Shown here: positions 1 to 14,154 of the stretch, piece by piece
Layout: every line of letters begins with the position of its first letter
Position numbering within the stretch: position 1 is the first letter of the stretch
Source of the DNA: Geosiphon pyriformis uo1
Taxonomy: Eukaryota > Fungi > Glomeromycota
Reading direction: 5' to 3'
DNA: 64,000 bases
Assembly: GCA_016748015.1 (NCBI GenBank)
Contig: JAAOMT010000570.1
Location: 4,043-68,042, forward strand
The notes under the pieces: model-generated
Told to the model about the DNA's origin: nothing
Databases searched by the model: none
What the model saw: the letters and a program-made list of their open reading frames with translations, nothing else
Made by a program: the position numbers and the translations under genes

Positions 1-1703
1 AATTCGTTATTAATTAGGAACAAGTATTGGGGATAAAAAACCTAAATTTTGAGCAAAAATATATGAGATCTTGAAGAGTAGATTGATGTAATATTTTCTT
101 GGAATATTAATTCAGAATTGAAATTATCTCATATAATTTATTTTACTTAAATGTGATTTAATCACTTTTGTATATATTTGAAATTAGAAAAAATATAAAG
201 CCTCAATTTGCCAAATCTTTGAGTAAGTAATAAATATGGAGCAGAAAAAGAAAAAAAAAGGATTGTTTAAGAGGAATTTTCAAAATCCCTTGAATATCAG
301 TGTTTTTTTTTAATGGAATTTTTATCCTGTCCGTATACAGTGTAACACAAGTGGGATATTACTTTCAAAAGAATTGACCTCAAAATTCTTTTTCTTATTA
401 GATCCTATAGAGTTTGTTTCTTATGGCCGTTTTTTGCATGCTCCTTGGAATTAGGTAATGAGAAGAATAAAATTTTTGCTGGATAAAATTTTTGGAATAA
501 AAAACAATTATTACACAACTTTATATTTTATAATGCTATCAAGTCTTATTTAATTGGTTACATGGGAAAAACCTTTATAACTAATTACTGTTTGATAAAT
601 AATACATGGAGTCTTAAAAATATTTAAACTATCAGTTTCTTATATTACTCAAAAAGATATCCCCTTTTTTTTAACTATTAAGGGCATTGTATTTCATTTG
701 ATGATGAAAAAACCGGAAAATGGAATAAATGTATATGAAACTCGTTAAAACCCCATTTGATCTTATAAAAATTACGAGAAAAATATCGGACATTCTTAAA
801 GGTAATACAATCTGGACTTTTTTTATTATTTTGTTTATCAATTCGCTGAAACATACAAGTAATTCGAATGCTCAAATGACATTTTACCAAAAGAGAAATT
901 AAGTTACTTGTTTAGTTTAGTCACCAATCTCAAATTTAGGGAAGGTGGTCCTTATTATCTCCAAATTCAAGTTTTAAGAGAGGGAATTCGAAGAAGGAAT
1001 CATTGATAAAAGTACTTGTGAACAGTATTTCAATTTATAGGTGATGGGTTGGTTCAAGAAGAAAGGAAAAATAAAAGTTAAAGTACCATCCAATATGTTT
1101 CTATAAAAAAGCATAATTTCTAGAGTTGAATAGAATGACAGCTTTGTTTAAACCATGCCATTTTTAAGGAAATTATTTTCCAGAATCTATTTTCAGAATT
1201 CTTCAAAATAGATAGAATGGCAAAACAAATGCAACTCAAAGTTTTTTTTAAAAAAAAGGAGGAAATTACATTCTGCTTAATAATACCTCATCCAAAACTC
1301 TAATTTTCACCCAAGAGAATTTTCTAAATTGTCAACTAAATAATTATTTTTGACTCATAAATACTGCTTGCTGTCTGCCTTAATTGGCCTATGCAAAATT
1401 TTTTAAAATTGATTAAATATACAATAAAGCACCTTATGGCTGATTTTAGCAATCTTCTACTCCATCAAAAAGTCCCTATGTAAAGTTTTTTTCTGTATTT
1501 TTATAACTTGAACACAAAATTTTTGTAAAATTCTTGAGATTTCAAGACGCAACTGGAGTCATTTCATGTTTGAATGGTTTGCCGTAATAAGTTGTAGAAA
1601 CCGGGGGAGGGTTAATTCATAATTTCTCACTTTTAAGTGAATAACAAGAAGACATTATTTCCAAATTTATTAACAAGTCTGACTCGAATTAATAACCTTT
1701 CAA

Positions 1704-1753
1704 TTGTTGTTGTTGTTGGTGTTGGTGTTGTGGTTGTGGTTGTGGTTGTGGTT
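1704..1753. repeat. GTT/GTG trinucleotide microsatellite
   Basis: Direct reading; explains the poly-Val ORF 1637-1861. Confidence 0.9.
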
Positions 1754-4331
1754 GAAAACGAGCAAAATCATTTGAAAGGTAAGTTTGTAGTAAATTTTGA
1801 TCATTCTCCATTTAATCATAAGAATATGAGTTTGTTTTTAAATCTAAAAAATAATGTTTAAATAAAAAAAATTCCTTGACCGAAATTTTTAAGAATATAT
1901 TAGGAAGCAAAGGTTTAATGCTTCAAACCAAAAGCAAGCAAAGAAATAGTAGAAAAATCAAATTTGTTAAATTTATAAAACTCAAATACCCGGAATGGTG
2001 ATTATATATTTTTAACGTTCTGCTTGCCTGCAGGTCTATTGCTTCGATTTTTTTTTATATAGCAAGGTCAGTTTTGTTTTCATATGCCTTGGATGTTTTC
2101 TATTCCTAAAAGTTTTTCAAAATTTTCGAAAAAGTCTTTTACTTTTATTCTTATTTTATTAAAGTATAGCAGGATAAATTTATCATGATAAAAATAATAA
2201 AATATTATAAAGATATTTCTATGAAATAACTAGAAATATCTAAAAAATCTTTATGCATAATTACTTTTTTTCATTAATTATTCAATTATTATTCAGTTAT
2301 GATCCAGTTATGATCAATTTGATATTATACAAGAATGAATTTAAGATTTTATCATTACATTTTTTTTTTTTGCTTTTAAAAATGTGTAAAAGGACAATAA
2401 CCGTTCGTCAATGCTTAAAACATAAATTCAGAATAATTAGTCAACTAGCGTGCATTTAAAAAATTGGTTCAAGAAATGAAATTCCATGCCTGGTAATCCT
2501 CTAAAATCTCTACCATATTAAATATAAAGCATTTGCATCAATAATTGGAACTTTGATTATCATAAAGTAATGAGTTGATAGCATAATTTTCCAAAAGACT
2601 TGATTCGAAATTTTCATGATGGAGTATAATTATCACATTGATAGATAATATGACATTTAGTTTCTTTAAAGATTATAACCCCCAAGATTTTTGATTGTTA
2701 AATCAAAATTTTCATGATAAAGAATGGTGGTATAAATATTTTTACATGAATATTTCTGATTCACTAGATTGAGAAATATTTTAAATATTTATTATTCTGG
2801 ATAAATTTTCTGTAAGTAACTAAATTGTCTAAAATGTAATTAAATAATTAAAATAAAAAATCAATATATTTTAGCCAATCTATTAAAAATGAGAAGCTTA
2901 TATATGTAATTATTTTAAATATTTATTTATACCTACAATTAAATCATTAATTTATTATAAAACCCATCAGTTTCCTTGCTGATAAATTAGGTTTTATCCA
3001 CAAAAAATCACAAAATAAATATTTCTCGAATTTAATATACTTTGAAATTTGAGAAAATAATCAAATAATATTAATATAAAGTTTTCAAAAGAACTTTTAT
3101 TATCAGACGACATTATTTCCAACTTGAATTAATTACTTTTTATAATCACAATAGAAAACTGATAAAAATTTTAATTTTAATTTTTTTTAAAAAAAACAAT
3201 ACGATTTTAATTTTACCCATTCCTATAACTGTTACAATATACAATGACAACGGTTGATTATTGTACTTGAATTAGTGATCAAAGCTGGGCGCGCCAAAAT
3301 TCCTATCAATTTACAGTGTAGGTATTTATAATTATTAAAGGAATTATTTTTAGTCATCATTAATATAGGCTAATTGTGTTTCTTCTCTGATCATGCAAAT
3401 ATGAAAAATGATTCGATTTTTTATAGTTCAAATTGTGGTATACCTCGTTAAGATTTTATATTTTAATAAAGAAAATACTTTATTTTCCTAAATACTCTAA
3501 AAAATTGTATGCTCCTGGTCTAAAATCTACAATAAATCCCTCCACCCCCCTGTTTAAGTACTTTTTAAAAATATGCAACAGCGAAAATATTAACAGTGGA
3601 GTATTCTCAAATTTCTGATTAAAATGACTAAATAATCAAAATCGCCGATTAATGATCTCCTCAAAATTAGAGATTACAATTTTAATTTATTCATAAATCG
3701 ATCTGGCAAAGGAAAAACACCGAAAACGATACGAATCAAAAATTTGACTTATCTTGATTAGCTTTTTAAAACTTTGTTTTTAGATAAAATGATGAAGACG
3801 ATCTCGAAGGTAAATATATGATTTCTAAGAATAATCGGAATTTTGAAAAAAAGTTATCCAAAAACTTGTAATATAATACAGCAAATTTGTTGAAAAAAGT
3901 TTTTTTTTATTTTTTTTTATTAGTGTCGATTGGAATGAGAAATGAAGCACTTTTGACCTATGTATTTGTTTTTAGGAACACGGGCCATGATCCTCAGAAT
4001 AGAGCTGAAAGAATAGTAAAGAAGAATTTCTTTTTATCTGTTTCCATTCAAAAAAAAAAAAAATTCTTTGAGGATACCATTTAAAATAATCAACCAAAAG
4101 GATCTTTTCAGCGTAGGTTAGTACTTTTCAAAGCCAATGAGGTAATGTTTGCCTGCTGATTATTTTTTAAATCAGAGAATGATACCAGCAACGCCTGATC
4201 ATCGTGACCTTTTTTGAAATAATGTTTCTTTGGATCACATTTTATTTAGATGAGTTTTGAACAAGCAAATTAGGCAAATATTTTTTGTGGAGGCAAAATA
4301 TACAGTTTAAAATAAGAATTCTTATTCTTAC

Positions 4332-4333
<2 letters not shown>

Positions 4334-4405
<72 letters not shown>

Positions 4406-4480
4406 GTATTATTAGGATTATTAGTATTATCATCATTATCACTATCATTATTATCATCATCATCATCTTTATCATTATCT
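4334..4480. repeat. (ATT)n microsatellite grading into degenerate ATC repeats
   Basis: Direct reading; explains the poly-Ile/poly-Asn ORFs at 4242-4518. Confidence 0.95.
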
Positions 4481-5244
4481 TTAAAATGGATCCTCCCCAA
4501 AAAGAGTAAAACTTTCAAAGGGAATAAAATAAAAAATCGTTAGATTTAAATTAATCATAATTAATAAGACATCATCTAAAAAAAACTAGTCCCAGTATTT
4601 TTAGAAATATAGTTTCGGATAATGCTTTCAATTTTTATTTGTTGATTTTGCTGATAGGTCGTAGTAGGCTCTGAATCATTATAAAACAAATTTGTTTAAA
4701 AGCATACTATTCAATTGATCCGATTTCCTTTTTTCTTTCAATGAAAAAATTTAAGCTTTTAGAATATATTCATTTATTTATTATTTATTTATTTATTTAT
4801 TTATTTTATTTTCTCGCCTGATAAAGCTTTTTCCCTATTTATATCGCACAACCGATCGGGTAGAAAAATTGTTTAAGTTGACACTACTACCACCACTACC
4901 ACTACCATTACCATTACCATTACCATTACCACTGTCACTACCATTACCACCACGACATTGAAAGCCTGTGATATGGTAAAAAAAGAAAAAAAAACAAAAT
5001 CTATTTAGATTTCAAATAAAAAATATATATTAATTGGATCTAAAATCATACTTAAAGAACACGTAAGAGATTACGAAATAAAAATCTAACCTCTTCAAAA
5101 AGAAATTACTTGATTTAATAAAGATCAGGAATGATTTTCAAAAAATTTAATCTTTTTTTTTCTTATCGGTCTGTTCTAAATAGATCAATCTCTCTATTAT
5201 TTTATGATAAAGAAAACTTTATCATTGATATTCAAAAAGTTTTG

Positions 5245-5350
<106 letters not shown>

Positions 5351-6837
5351 TTTAAAGTTTTTAATCATCTCTTATTTAAGAGCATTATATTCAGGAAAAA
5401 TTTCACTTTGAAAATTAAAAAAAAAAAACAATTTTTTTAAAATCAAATCTGAAAAAAATTTGAGATCGAACCTATAAAAAAGGCCATTTAAAATTCTGAC
5501 ATGAGGATTTTCTTTGGTGAAACTTACTTTTTTATCTTTGCTCTTTGAAAAATGAAGTAAATAAATCGAAAAATTAATCTAACCTAATTCAATTTTTCCC
5601 TATAGAATTCCCATTTTTTTATTTTTATTTTAAAAGATCGCATTAACTGTCAAATCCAAGATCTTTAAAAGTCTTTTTAATATATAAATACAAAAGATAT
5701 CCTAGCTGATTAACAACAAAGGCTGGGACTTTGATTCCCTGCAGAAATTAACATCTTATCTGTAATAAAGACCCAGATCTCAGCAGTTTCATGTTTAAAC
5801 TTAAATATCGATTCCCCTGACTGTCAACAACGTATTTTTCCTCCGCGTTAGATTGAAACCGGGTTAATTGATGATAACCATTTGCTGCAACGTTAATTAA
5901 TGATAAGCTTTGAACTTCAAAAACTATAATTTTATCAGAAAAAAAAAAAAAAAAAAAGTTGCGACACAGGGGAAATTCTATTCTGAATCCATAAAAGCTT
6001 ACCCAGAATCGCGTGATATTTCCCCCAGAGGTTAGCATGAGATCGATTTTTATCTCTGTTTGTGGAAGATTTTTATGTTCGGAATATTTCATATCAAATA
6101 GAAACTAGCTTTAGAAAGAATCGAAAAAAATTTTGTACAACTCCAATAAAGAGCTTTAAAGAGAGTACGAATTGGGATCATGCTAATCACTCATGTGATG
6201 GGTAAATAAAATTCACGTTACAAAAGGACTTGTCCCACTAAAAACTGGCTCAATGATATTATGCGAGCTTTACCAGTTTTTATTGATAATTGTGGCTTTT
6301 AAAGTATACCATAACTTGGGTTTCAAAAGATTCAACCAATTTTTAAACAGCGAGAAATAAATGATACTCTCAATAAATAATTTATTCTTCAATTAATCCC
6401 TTGACCTAAAATTAGCTCGATTGTTCGTTTTTAATATTCTCATTTTTTAAAGGAAAGGTGTGTATATATGTGTGTGTGTGTGTGTGTGTTTAAGAAACGA
6501 AAATTTCTTGGCGTGTCAAGAAAAAAAAAATCATGTTAAATGTAAAAAGTTTTGAAAAAATAAAAATAAATTTAGAAACAAGCAATGAAAATAATATTTA
6601 TATTTCAAAATTATTCTTTTACCCGGCAATTATTTACATATTTGTAAAACTGTATGAATTTCAAAACCGGAAAATGCGATAGACAATGGTTGGGAAAATT
6701 TTTTTATAATTAATATTTTTTGGCTTTTCTAAACAACAATAAATACTCCTTTTTCCGTTTCTTCTTTTATTTTACCCTTTTCAAGCAGGAATCTGCAGTA
6801 GGTATGACGAGTTTTCTTTCTAATAATTTCAGAAACC

Positions 6838-6858
6838 TAGTAGTAGTAGTAGTAGTAA

Positions 6859-6918
<60 letters not shown>

Positions 6919-6929
6919 TAGTGGTGGTG
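6838..6929. repeat. (GTA)n microsatellite
   Basis: Direct reading; explains the poly-Val/poly-Thr ORFs. Confidence 0.95.
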
Positions 6930-7371
6930 ATACTTCCCCATTTATAATCTTTCATCTATCCATTTTCTATCAGGATTCCCAGGCACCTGTTGATTCTCGT
7001 ACTTTGATTGCATGTACTATTTCTCAATAATTATGACGATTATAATATATCAAATGTTTATTAATAAACTATTTGGATAAGACCCCAACTAGCAGATAGG
7101 CTTAAATTGACCACCGGAAAATCCTTATAATAAAGTAGTTTATTCTAAAAATAGACTTTAGGGAGATACTCTTTATAAGCATCCGTTTGCCCACTTCAAA
7201 ATTCCCTCAAGAAATCGCCATTTTTTTTTTTTTGCTTTGTAAATTTTTTTTGTTTCACTAGTAATAAAAGCAAAAATAAAAAAGTTTAAATTTTACCTTC
7301 AAATTCAAACTGTTTAGCCTCACTTTTCCTCATACTAATTTATAAATAAAATAAAAAAAACCCCTATCCAA

Positions 7372-8138
7372 ATGAAAATAATGGGATTGAAAATGAGCAA
7401 ACTTAGACGACGTGGTCGTCGGAATATACGAACTTCTGTGGATTTCGTATTAAACGAACAAGAGATTGATCGGTTACAAGTTAACCATCATCTTTCGAAA
7501 ACGATGTGGGGAAGTAATTTTGCGGCTCCTATTGAAGATTTATTAAAAAAAGGAGCCCGGGTTCTTGACGTTGGGTAAATTATCAAAAAAAGATTTCTTT
7601 GGAATTGAAGAGTTTTTAATTTGATCTTTTTGATTAAATTTTTGCACGCCCGATAGAAAACTTTTCTCCTTTCACTAAAACGTCTTCTTTGAACTTTTTA
7701 TTTTTTTTAAAAAATAGATGTGGCCCTGGAACATGGTTATTTGATATGGCTAGCGACTTTCCACAGTCACAATATTTCGGTGTTGAAATCTCGTCAATAT
7801 TTCCCGATATTACCCCTTTTAACGTAAAAATAATCAAAGCCGACGTACTGAAAAAACTCCCATTCAAAGATAATGATTTCGATTACGTTTTCGTACGACA
7901 CTTGGTTCCATTCTTTACGAGTGAACAATGGGCAACCAAAGTTATACCCGAGTTGATGCGTGTTTTGAAACCTGGAGGTTGGATAGAGTTAATTGATGCT
8001 GAATATATGTTTAGTCAACCTGGTCCTTTGTTAAATAAGCTGGGCCAAAATGGTGAGAACAAGATAAAAAGATTTTTTTTTTTTGCCAATCAATCACTTC
8101 AAAGTCATATATTCTTGATGAGAAAAACTTACCTCGAC

Positions 8139-8193
<55 letters not shown>

Positions 8194-8506
8194 TAAAGTA
8201 TTAAACTTATTCCGCGATTCAAACCTTGATCCAATGTTTGCCAATAAACTTCCAGCAATCATGAAAGAAACCAATCGATTTCCACGAATAAGTCATGATC
8301 AAACAGTATGTCGACTTGGTGCATCAGGAGGATGGCTCGGGGGTATGATTGCAAGAAACGCATTTACGAGTCTCCTAAATGATCACATTGCTTTCAAATT
8401 GCTCAAGCGAAAGGATTATCAACAAACTCTTGCAGAATTGATCGCTGAAGCAAATGGTGGTTCATCAACGATAACTTATCACAGAATTTTCGCTGAGAAA
8501 TCGTGA
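7372..8506 (+). CDS. Class I SAM-dependent methyltransferase (LaeA/TdiE-like fungal family), 3 exons: 7372-7574, 7718-8052, 8199-8506
   Basis: Splicing GG|gtaaat...tag|A restores motif I VLDVGCGPG. Also EIDRL..H..WGSNF..P, LPFKDNDFDYV and LMRVLKPGGWIELID. Second intron gtgag...aag joins in frame to ORF 8234-8506. Confidence 0.9.
8143..8191. repeat. (TACTTTC)x7 tandem repeat inside methyltransferase intron 2
   Basis: Direct reading; produces the spurious LSTFYFL repeat in the ORF track. Confidence 0.9.
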
Positions 8507-9101
8507 TTAATACACTTTTGAAGCCTTGATGGGATGGAATCTCTAAAATTAAGGACTTTTTTATTCTAGTAAAATTGTAACATTTAATTGTAAATCACAC
8601 TTTCCTTGTAAAAAGGTTGCACATATATAAATATACATATTGGATTGTAGCATATTATTATATATATATATATATTTATTTATTTATTTTTACTAATCTT
8701 AATGAAAATCGTAATTAGTTAATAGACATTTCAAATTTTCAAACGGTCTTTTGATTATCCCCCCCAAACGATATAATTAATACGCAGAGGCACATGTAAC
8801 AACATAATTAAAATTCCACAAGAAACATGAATCAAAATATTTTTTTACAAAGTAGGTTTCCCCAGATGTTGATCATAATTAAGCATAATATCTTTATCAT
8901 TATGTGCAATGTTCTTCCTTGTGTTTAATTTTTTGTTAGACACATGTTTATTAAATGTCAATATAACTGATTCTGGAAATTGGTGTTTGTAATGAATATG
9001 ATACAAAAAGACCTGAAATTCAAAATTATCGGGATAAATTTTTTTATTTAAATAACATCGCCTATTGATGATTAAGTTGTCACAAATAAAGACTAATTGT
9101 C

Positions 9102-9166
9102 AATAATAATAATAATAATAATAATCATAATCATAATGAAAACAATAATAAATAATAATAATAATA

Positions 9167-9197
<31 letters not shown>
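9102..9197. repeat. (AAT)n abutting (ATT)n, a palindromic microsatellite
   Basis: Direct reading; symmetry centre near 9167/9168. Confidence 0.85.
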
Positions 9198-9200
<3 letters not shown>

Positions 9201-10445
9201 GTATTTAGTATCAATAATTTTCATATTCTCACGATTATTCGTTCAAGACTGAAAAAATAAACCTGTTCCTGAAAGAAGAATATTTGGTCCGATTCATATT
9301 TACATTTTTTTTTTATCTTTTGTCACAGGAAAATGAAATTCAGACTGTTTTTAAAAAAATTCCGAATTCTACAAAAAAAAAAAATTTCTTTTAGAAAATC
9401 TAGCCAATATGATAGACAAAGCTTATTCCATAATTAAAAACGGGATCACGATTTGTAATAAATAAAAAGGAAAAAAGAATATATATATATATCAAATCTT
9501 TAAATCCCATTCAAACAATTAATTGAAACTATTTTTTACAAAAAAAATATATCAAAAGTTACAGAACGATATTGATTCATGATTACAAAGATACTAAAAA
9601 CTTGGATACACGATTACCAAGATACTTATATATATGTTAATGTAACTTGAAAAAAGACATGTATTCTATATTTATTTGTCTCTGTTGAGGAAATTTTTTT
9701 AATCTCAAAATTATCTTATATATATAAAACCTTTAATTATTTTGTTCATATTCTTTTATGATACCTTTTATCAAAAATGAAAATTTTCCTAAAAAAATTT
9801 CTCCCCGATCATCCTTTTCATATTTTCCATAAAAACATGAATTAAAGAAACTTTTTTTTATTTATTTTCTTTTTTTAAAAAAAATTGAGATATGATCTTC
9901 ACCGATATCTTTCTATCAAGTTCTAGTCGAATTTTCCGCGTGAAAAGGTATCATGAAAAGTTTCTTTTTTTGAAAAAAAATATATATATATATATCTCTC
10001 TCTCTCTCTCTCTTTTTTTTATCGAGTATGTCAATGCCTTAGAATAGGGTAATGATTTTCATCATATTTGCCAAATAATTATTAAAAACTTTGTTTGTCA
10101 ATGTGGTTTGACATTGAATAATCTTTTATGTTCTTTTGATAAGCTGATCTTTTTTTTGTGTAACTTTTAAACGATAAATCGACAAAACATGACGCTACTT
10201 TGGCATTCCTCATGAAATTCGATGTGAATAAATTTTTTGAAGAAAAAGGTAATAATAATTGTTTTTTTTTTTTTTTTAATTATCTTCTTGTAAGCGGAAA
10301 ATTTTAAATCAGGCTGAAAGCACTGGCTATCAGAAGGTGTTTTTAAATTGCCAGTCTATTTTTAATTGGACTTTTTTTTTTTAAAATTATGAGTTTAAAA
10401 TATTTTCCATAGGAAATTTTGATTGTTGATAAAATGTTTTTCTTT

Positions 10446-10533
10446 TCATCATCATCATCATCTTCTTCTTCTTCTTCTTTTTCTTCTTCTTCTTCTTCTT
10501 CTTCTTCTTCTTCTTCTTCTTCTTCTTCTTCTT
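10446..10533. repeat. (CAT)n(CTT)n microsatellite
   Basis: Direct reading; explains the poly-Lys/poly-Leu ORFs. Confidence 0.95.
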
Positions 10534-11523
10534 TTTTGTGTGTGCCTTGGAATCTTTCTTGAATATCGAGGAGTCAGTATCTATGGATACCAAATAAAAC
10601 CATGTGCATACTAATCGACATTTAATATGAAAGTGATGGATATTCGATCCTTGGGAAAAAGAAAATAAATTTAAATTTTAATTAATTTTTTATTATTTGT
10701 ATCGAAAAATAAGTTCTCGATCCATTCTATGGTCAAAAAACTGTTATCAATTCAAATAATACGAAATATTATTGTTAATCTTTTTTAATTTTTTTTTTTT
10801 GTATTTTTTTTTTTATTGTTTAAAAATCTCAAACCCTCTTTTTTTTTTAAACGTCAAAAAAATTAATAATAATACTTTTAATAAAATTATTTTCAAATTA
10901 TTTTTTTTTTTTTTTTTGATTTGAAATCAAAATATTTGGAAATTTTTAGTCAACATATGAATTATTTTGTTTTTGGTAAAAGACATTTTCTTTTTGACGA
11001 AATACCCGGTTAAAAAAAAAAGTATTTTCTTTTAACAAGTATTTTCCATAATTAGAAATTCAAATAAAATAAACTAAAATAAAATAAAACAAATACAAAA
11101 GATTAGAAAAGTTGATTGTGGCTTTAATTTTGAATATTATTAAGGCCTAAAATAGATAAATTAAAAAAAAATATATTGTTGGAAAATAGTCTGGGAAAAA
11201 CTTTTATGAACTTGACTGTGGCATTACGTAAGTGAGCCTCAAAAAGCATTATGAATGGCGAGAATTCCATCACTTAACTTAAACTAACCTAACCCTAACC
11301 TAATATAATTTAAAATTAAATTTTTATTTTATGAGGCGTAAAGTTATACAAGCCTGAATAGTAAATCCAAATTTATAATTGTTGTATTGACATTGATGAT
11401 GATGATGATGATGATGATGCATATGGGACGACTATGAGGTAAATTTCGGGATTTTTCGGAACTTTTTTTTCATTGTGAAAAACTAAAAAGGAACTGTTTT
11501 TGAAAACCTTTTTTTTTTTTTAA

Positions 11524-11804
11524 NNNNNNNNNNNNNNNNNNNNNNNNNNNNNNNNNNNNNNNNNNNNNNNNNNNNNNNNNNNNNNNNNNNNNNNNNNNNN
11601 NNNNNNNNNNNNNNNNNNNNNNNNNNNNNNNNNNNNNNNNNNNNNNNNNNNNNNNNNNNNNNNNNNNNNNNNNNNNNNNNNNNNNNNNNNNNNNNNNNNN
11701 NNNNNNNNNNNNNNNNNNNNNNNNNNNNNNNNNNNNNNNNNNNNNNNNNNNNNNNNNNNNNNNNNNNNNNNNNNNNNNNNNNNNNNNNNNNNNNNNNNNN
11801 NNNN
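11524..11804. other. Assembly gap (281 N) flanked by poly-T and poly-A runs
   Basis: Run of N. Confidence 1.
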
Positions 11805-11836
<32 letters not shown>

Positions 11837-11889
11837 CTTTTTATAACTTGTTTTAAATAAAGTTTTAGAAACGAGTCAATAATACCATT

Positions 11890-12150
11890 CCATTTTTCAC
11901 TTCTCTTTACATATTGTCTATTGGACTAAGATCTTGGCTATTTGTAAAACCAATTCCAAAGCCACAAATTCCACAACCTTGCATTTGTGAATTAGGGATG
12001 TTATCTTCCTAAAATATTGCTTTTTCAGTGATTAATAATCATTGGATAAAATACATCTAATATAAGCCTTTCATATGCTTTCATCAATCATACAGTTTAT
12101 AAAGTCATACCATGATAGATTTACATTTACTTTTAATGGTTGCTCGTCTA
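11890..12150 (-). pseudogene. Decayed Tc1/mariner transposase fragment
   Basis: Minus strand reads RATIKSKCKSIMV*, then AIF*EDN, then NSQDLSPIDNM*REVK. These match the Tc1 motifs xTVK..S.MVW, FQEDNA and NSPDLNPIENxW in the correct order, with indels. Confidence 0.6.
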
Positions 12151-12397
12151 TAATTAGAGTTGTCAAAGCTCACTTTTGTGGCACTATAAACGAAAAATTA
12201 CCATACAAATGAGTTTTTATAGAGGATTCCTGGTTTTACTTTATTAATCATTGGTTTCATACGCATTATATAATAAAATTTAATATTTTGTTTTTTTATT
12301 ATTAAAGTACTAGTGGCCATAGAAATGTAGGGTTTTAGATGAGATTTTGGCAATAAGATGTTTTTGAATCTTTCTTATTGTTTATGCAAGGCAATTG

Positions 12398-12432
<35 letters not shown>

Positions 12433-14154
12433 GCAATATTTAATGATTTTTTGAGGAAATCGTCCTAATTTTATGTGTGTGTGACTCGCTCTGTACTTTC
12501 TATGGTAATATGGTAATTTTCATGAGAAAATAATGTTAATTTAAATTTGAAAAGCGCTAACATTAATTTCTTATATTTTAATAAATTCGCTGAAAAAACG
12601 TAATTATTAAGTCAGATATTAGAAATAATTTGTTAATGTGATTGATAAACATTTTAAAAAAAATTGTTACAAAAATTCCTCAATTTCCTAATTGCCCTAT
12701 CACCCAACTAATAAGCCTAATCCCATTTAATTCAAGTATGAGTTTGAATTTGAATTTGAATTTCTTTTTTTCTTTTTTTTTTGTGTGTCTCTTTTGACAT
12801 TACTTACTTTCGAGAAATAAAAATATCGGGGGATTAAATCTTTTTAACCGAACGAGATAAATCTATGAGATACTTTAAATTATCCATCATTTTTTTGTTC
12901 AACCAACTAAAGTTACCTGCTTTTTTGAAGAGTTTCTTTGAACTCTTTTAAACATATTTCCCGGACATATCATTCTAGTTGTATTTCGTTTATAAATTAA
13001 TAAATAAATAAATAAAAACATCTTATCTTCAACCTTTGATTATTTCAGGAAATTAATCAAAAGGATTTATTACTTTATTTTGGGTGTAAAATATATATAT
13101 ATACTAGAAAATCTGGTTATTAATTAAAATTATTAAATATTCTCTAATTTTATTTTTACATTTTGACATTATGCATAAAAAAGCTCACTAAATTTACATT
13201 TTTGGTTTCATAAAGTAAGAAAATAATATCAATGAATAAGTAAATTTATGTTTTTCTTACTATGCTTTCATGATTTTATATCAGTTTCAATTAATAAAAA
13301 CTATAAAATATAAAATAAAATATAAAATATAAAATATAAAATAAAATAAAATAAAATAAAAACTTGTTTCTTGTCAGAATAATTATCAAATTTCAAACAA
13401 AAAATTCATATATTATATAAATAATTATAATTTATCAATTTAAAAAAATTACATATAATATGTACATATTTTTTTTACTATTTTATTTAAAATATACAAA
13501 TTTCAATAACAATTATTTTTTTTTGAAAAATAAATTATGCAATTTGCTAATTAATAAATTATTTATCCAAATTTTTTTGATAAAACATATTAATATAATA
13601 ACCCCTTTTTCTTTAGAAAAATAAATTTTATTTTATTGAATATTAAATTTTTAACTCGATATTTTTTAATTTGTTTTTTACTCTTAAAAATATTATTATC
13701 CCATATACTTTGTCAATTTACATAAAAATAAAAAAAAAGATTTCTTTGTAATGCAGATTTAAATCGTGGCTAAAAGATCTCATCACAAACTTTTTTATTT
13801 TGATTAGTTAATTCATTTTTGGGTAAAAGAAACTTTTTCCTCGTAATTTTGATCAAAAAAAATAAATTTTTTATGACATTTTGGTGTTATTTAGTTAATG
13901 TAATAAAAAGAAAAGTGATTGGATCAGCATTCAACATGATGTGTGGATGACGAATCATTAATTCTGATGAAGGAAGAATTACATCAGGTTTATCATCGAT
14001 CTTTTTAAAGAAAGTTGAGATCATTATTCTCCCCAAACTTGTATATAAAAAATTTTCGTTTCCTTTCAAAAAAAAAAAAAAAAATTATTTCTCAACGCTA
14101 AAAAGATTCCCAAAGCTTTACTTTCATCATCCTAAATATTTTTTATTTGACATT

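Noticed and set aside
11284-11303. CTAACCTAACCCTAACCTAA telomere-like motif
   Set aside because: Only one perfect CCCTAA unit, too short to call an interstitial telomere
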